Assembly: GCA_000004985.1 (NCBI GenBank)
Contig: GG738920.1
Reading direction: 5' to 3' (one strand)
Source of the DNA: Naegleria gruberi
Lineage: Eukaryota
Length of the DNA: 64,000 nt
Shown here: positions 58,242-64,000 of the stretch, one piece after another
How the letters are laid out: the number at the start of each line of letters is the position of its first letter
Numbering within the stretch: the first letter of the stretch is position 1
Position numbers and translations under genes: made by a program
Notes under the pieces: generated by a model
Databases searched by the model: none
Seen by the model: the letters and a program-made list of their open reading frames with translations, nothing else
Told to the model about the DNA's origin: nothing

Positions 58242-59000
58242 TTTGTTGTATGTTGTTGTGTTGGTTTTTTTTGATTTTTGTGTTTGAAAAATAAGCCACG
58301 CTCTCTCGGAAATGAAGCTTAATTTTGAAAGATGGTACCAGCAGCAAGCTTGTAAAGATCTCTCTGCAGCAATCACACAAGAGAACGAATTTCTAACCAA
58401 AATAAAGCCTATCGCATTCGATTATGGTAAAGTTGGAGGAGACTAAAAAGTTCCCAACCAATCTGCTGGTTAAAATTAATCGCGCCTTTTGATTGGTGTA
58501 AATAATGGTGAAAATTTTAAAAATGTTAGGTCTATCAAATCGAGAAGAAACAACGAATAAGTAAAATTGTCAAGAAATGAATAAGACTATTCGATTTATC
58601 AGGCACAGTTACCACTCATAGTTATTATCTATTAGTGTTTAAAAGTGAAATTACTATTACAATATATAAATACAAATTGACTGAATTGAAGAGTAAATAA
58701 GCTAATCTACTGTGAACGTTGAGATTTTCATTGTAACGAGGTACTCACCTTGAGTTATCTTTCCAACTTGGTTAGATTTTGTTTTCATCTATTATGTCTA
58801 CAAGATATTTTACATCAATTCTCAAAAACATTAGAAACTTTTCGAGTCTTTTACTCTCAATACAATCCATACAACGATCAAATGACTGGGCAACGTATTC
58901 AATTGGCAAACTCTCTTTAGTACTCTATGCTATGGAAACTTTTCTTGATTTCTCTTCATTGGGACCAGATATGGTCAAACTCTTTTATAGCCCCAATTAA

Positions 59001-60182
<1,182 letters not shown>

Positions 60183-60437
60183 CTATCCTTAGCAACCAAT
60201 AAATTTTACTCCGACCTGTAAACAGCTTTAAAATTTCAAATATAAATTTATTCTTTTGATTACTGAATAATTGATTTAGGAATATTATTATGAGCTTTGA
60301 TTATTTCGGAATTAATTGACTAACCATTCAATTGATCAGTGGAAGAATGTAGTAAAAATTCAAACAAGTTAGGCTCATCTAATAAATTAAATCCTTTTTA
60401 TATTATTATTTACTATAGTGTAGTAATAGTAATTAAA

Positions 60438-61145
60438 TTACAATTTAATACTAGATTGTTCAACAGCAAATTGGAGTGACTTGTTGACGAATCCCCAGTT
60501 AACTGCTTCCCAGAAAGTCTTCAAATAATCTGGTCTTCTATTTTGATGATCCAAATAATAAGCATGTTCCCAAACATCACAAGTGAGCAATGGAATTAAA
60601 TTTTCAGCAATTGGAGTTTGAGCATTAGAACCATTCCAAATTCTCAATGAAGTACCATCCAAAACTAACCAAGTCCAACCAGAACCGAACAAAGTGGTAG
60701 CCTTTTCAGTGAATTGTTGTTTGAAAGCATCAACGGAACCGAATTGCTTTTCAATTTCTTGTTTAATGAGTGGATAGTTTTCAATCTTATCACCACCTGG
60801 AACCAATGATTTCCAATAGAAGGAGTGATTAAAATGTTGAGCAGCATTGTTGAAGATGGCAACACTCTTTGGGTCACTATCATAGGCTACTTTTTGAATA
60901 ATAGCATCCAAAGGTTGAGATTCAAATGAAGTACCTTCAACCAATGCGTTAAGCTTATCAACATAGGTCTTGTGATGCTTATTGTAGTGGAAATCTAATT
61001 GACGAGCAGTAATAACTGGATGAATACCTTGTTCGACAGCATAGTCCAATGTTGGTAATTGATGTTTGCTTCTAACTTGTTGAGTAGCAAAACCGATAAT
61101 ATTCTTCTTGGTGATGAGTCCGGAACGGAGAGTCTTGGTGAACAT
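60438..61145 (-). CDS. SOD2: Mn/Fe superoxide dismutase, copy 2 (protein identical to copy 1)
   Basis: Identical 235-aa translation to 52922..53629. Confidence 0.9.
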   Translation of the reverse strand: MFTKTLRSGLITKKNIIGFATQQVRSKHQLPTLDYAVEQGIHPVITARQLDFHYNKHHKTYVDKLNALVEGTSFESQPLDAIIQKVAYDSDPKSVAIFNNAAQHFNHSFYWKSLVPGGDKIENYPLIKQEIEKQFGSVDAFKQQFTEKATTLFGSGWTWLVLDGTSLRIWNGSNAQTPIAENLIPLLTCDVWEHAYYLDHQNRRPDYLKTFWEAVNWGFVNKSLQFAVEQSSIKL

Positions 61146-61489
61146 TTTTTTTTAAATTTAAATTTAAATTAAAAAATTCCATCATCAAAGGCTTTTATTC
61201 TGTCGAGGCTTTTTTGATCACACAACAACAAGGCTCTGAAAAGAACATTATGTGGTAAGGAGTTGCGTAATGTCAATTTGTTGTATGACGATGATTCTCA
61301 CCACCAACTAGTTGATTTTAATGTAAAAAAAACATGGCGCATTTTCAAGGCTTGTTTTATTGGTTCACAAATCGGAATTTTCAAAAAAAGAATCCTTATC
61401 AATATTGCATAATATTATTGTAAAGATTTACAAAGTTTACAAAATCGGGTGGACAATTCGAAATTAATACATTCTCATAATCAAAAAAA

Positions 61490-62521
61490 ATGAATCCAAT
61501 CAAGAGATTGCTCAAAGTCAAATATCCGATTATTCAAGCTCCAATGGCTGGTGCTCAAAACTCCACACTCGCCATTCAAGTTTCCAAATTTGGAGCATTA
61601 GGTTCATTACCATGTGCCACGTTAGATATTGAAGAAATGAGAAGAGAAATTAAAAAGATTAAATTAGCCACCGATCATTCATTCAATTTAAATTTCTTTT
61701 GTCATGAAAATCCCAATAATACTAAAAATGAAAATCAATGGCGCCAAATAATTGAAAAATATTATCAAGAATTTAATGTGGAATTTAAAATTTCTTCTTC
61801 AATTTCCAGATTACCTTTCAATGAAAATATTATTCCTGTATTGAATGAATTTAAACCAATTGTAGTTAGCTTTCATTTTGGTTTACCTTCTAAAGAAATT
61901 GTAAAGGAATTGAAAAGGATGAATATTAGAATCATGTCAAGTGCTACAACAGTTGAAGAAGCACTTTATTTGGAAGAAAATGGAGTGGATATTATAATTG
62001 CACAGGGAATAGAAGCAGGTGGACATAGAGGAATGTTTTTATCAAATGATATTTCCACTCAAATGGGATTATTTTCACTCCTACCACAAATTGTAAAGAA
62101 AGTGAAGGTACCTGTTGTGGCTGCTGGTGGAATTGTTGATGCACAGACAGTAACAGCAGCATTTCAATTGGGAGCTAGTGGTGTTCAATGTGGAACTGTT
62201 TTTTTAACATGTCAGGAATCAACTGTGAAATATAAAAAGTTATTGACAGATGTTTCATTACCAACTGCAGTGACTAATATATTCACAGGAAGACCTGCTC
62301 GTTCCATTGTAAATAGAGCAATGAAAGAAATTGGAACTATTTCAGAATATGCACCACCCTTTCCAAAATCAACCAATTATTTCACACCACTGAGAAATCA
62401 TTTGGAGAGAGAATTAAATTTCGACTTTTCTCAATTGTGGTCTGGACAAAATAGAACCAATTGTAAATTAGATTCAACAAGTCATGAAATTCTTCAAGAT
62501 TTAATACAAGGAATACCTTGA
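61490..62521 (+). CDS. Nitronate monooxygenase, copy 2 (one substitution Q->K relative to copy 1)
   Basis: 343-aa translation identical to 51546..52577 except KYKQLLTD -> KYKKLLTD. Confidence 0.8.
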   Translation: MNPIKRLLKVKYPIIQAPMAGAQNSTLAIQVSKFGALGSLPCATLDIEEMRREIKKIKLATDHSFNLNFFCHENPNNTKNENQWRQIIEKYYQEFNVEFKISSSISRLPFNENIIPVLNEFKPIVVSFHFGLPSKEIVKELKRMNIRIMSSATTVEEALYLEENGVDIIIAQGIEAGGHRGMFLSNDISTQMGLFSLLPQIVKKVKVPVVAAGGIVDAQTVTAAFQLGASGVQCGTVFLTCQESTVKYKKLLTDVSLPTAVTNIFTGRPARSIVNRAMKEIGTISEYAPPFPKSTNYFTPLRNHLERELNFDFSQLWSGQNRTNCKLDSTSHEILQDLIQGIP

Positions 62522-62623
62522 TTGATTTTTTTTTTACCTTTTAAATTGAATTTTCAAATATGGCAATAAATGATGAAAATAATAAATATATTTTTTAATA
62601 TTTTTAAAGGGAGAATGGATTTT

Positions 62624-64000
62624 TCAATCTCTTTTGAATATTTCTAGGTAAATAATGTACAATTCTTGATTTTCCAATGCAAGTTCTCTAATTAATTCAA
62701 ATGGGAAATCAATAACAGTACGTGTATCATAATAATATGATTTTCTAACTGTGAAAAATACCTTTACAAATTTAGGAACCACTTGTAAAACCTTTGATAA
62801 AAATTGATCAGATTTTTGTAATGTAATAAAAGTTCTATCCAAAGCTCTATAAACAGCTTGATGTGATTTATAACTCAAACAATATCTAAATGTTACTACC
62901 ATGAAACTAGTTGAATTGGTTGAAAACCAAATGTCCAATAAATTCTTCATTCGAATTCTTTCTAAAATTCTTTCATCATTGGTTATGGCAATTTTCTTAA
63001 CAATTGCAGGTGTTCCATGATCAATCATTTCAATTTGATCTTGAATGGTAAATACATGTTCCATATCAGTATATAAATAACAAAGATGGAATTGATATAA
63101 ATCATAGACACGTGGCCAATTTAACCATTCTTTACGAATTCTTCCATTTTCTTGTTGGAAAATTCGTTTAATTCTTTCCTTAATATTTTCCTTTCCATAT
63201 TTACTTTTCAATATTTTAATATTTCTTTTAAAATTACCAGAAAGTGCCATTACAAATTCATCGTCATTATTTTCCACATTAAAATATTTCAAATTGCATT
63301 TTAAATTTTCCATTGCAATTGCTTTAAATTCCTTTTCATTCTTAAATTCATCACTCAATTGTGAATAATAATTTGGATAATATTTGAGCATTTTTAAATT
63401 TAATTTTCTACCTTTGGAAATTTCATTCCATAATTTAATTCTCTCATTTTCATCATTTTCATTCCTAATTTCATTCCTAATTTCATCATTTTCATTTCTA
63501 GGTTCAAAATATTTTGTAAAATAGAGACGTGTAAAGAGTGGTGTAACTTTGGATTGATGAATTAATCTTTTTCTTAAATATTCAATACTTGATTTTGTAA
63601 ATTTCATATTAACATTATTTAATATAGTATTAAATGTAAAATTATCATTTAATATTCTATTTAATATTTGTGAGATGGTTATTTCTCTAGTTTTACAATT
63701 TAATATTTGAGTAGGAACTTGAATTATATTGGAAAGTGATGGTTCAAACATGTCTGGAAAACACATCATGTCAGTAATTAAATCATCGACATATAAGTAA
63801 TGTTTTCTATTTTTAGTAGTATTATTAGTATTATAATAGTAATATAAAAGAACATCTTTCAATTCAGGTGATGTTCAAAATAGGCAAATAATAATAGAAA
63901 TTGAATATTTTTAAATCCACATTTGGAATCTAATTGTATATATTTTCTAAATAAGGAATTATCATTTGTTTTTTTTGATTTTCTATAATCAGAAACAATT
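62624..64000 (-). pseudogene. Right-arm copy of the F-box-like/DUF4116 gene 3' portion, carrying two 1-bp deletions (frameshifts), an indel in the NDEN/IRNE repeat and substitutions; partial at window end
   Basis: 412-aa ORF matches residues ~378-775 of the 789-aa protein, but gaaaatcaGagaattg (left) is gaaaatcaagaattg (right), changing the C-terminus to ..ENQELYIIYLEIFKRD*. ttgaacaAtcacctg is ttgaacatcacctg near 63880, breaking the upstream frame. C->G (SKCRK to SKGRK) and TTEDQ to TIQDQ substitutions. Confidence 0.55.

Noticed and set aside
57208-58380. 390-aa version of the aldolase ORF starting MCDCCREIF...
   Set aside because: Class I aldolase homology begins at MAHIDICGKFGAELD (ATG 58239-58241); the upstream 46 codons are unlikely to be translated.

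Overview
This window reads as eukaryotic nuclear DNA from an AT-rich, fungal-like organism. It uses the standard genetic code: conserved GAPDH, SOD and aldolase C-termini all end at TAA or TGA. It has many short spliceosomal introns of about 50-100 nt with GTATGT/GTAAGT donors, poly-Q/N coding tracts and a fungal-type Zn2Cys6 regulator. It is gene-dense, with about 40 protein genes, one intron-containing tRNA-Leu, no rRNA, no CRISPR and no intact transposon.

Confidently recognisable genes:
- ABCB half-transporter
- aldo-keto reductase
- ETF-beta
- cellular RNA-dependent RNA polymerase with the DLDGD motif
- class I fructose-bisphosphate aldolase
- GAPDH
- Mn/Fe-SOD, present twice
- nitronate monooxygenase, present twice
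- MORN, ankyrin and LRR repeat proteins

The most striking structure is a large inverted segmental duplication. The left arm is <=50058..54247 and the right arm is 59822..>=64000. The arms are about 99% identical, sit around a 5.6-kb unique spacer, and run off the window edge. Each arm carries the 3' part of a DUF4116/F-box-like gene, then NMO and SOD. One breakpoint lies inside GAPDH, leaving a 3' GAPDH pseudogene fragment and a chimeric 3' end on a PH-domain gene.

Other notable items:
- A single spliced gene fuses an R-S-E type mono-ADP-ribosyltransferase domain to three Cys-rich repeats and a C-terminal TM anchor. It sits directly upstream of the RdRP.
- A tandemly duplicated, divergently arranged pair of membrane-protein genes (X/Y) occurs in several copies, with one remnant and an interposed degenerate kinase.
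- A retroelement-derived RNase H/zf-RVT relic is present.
- Nested palindromic repeats flank an assembly gap.
- A giant repetitive polytopic membrane protein runs off the 5' edge.
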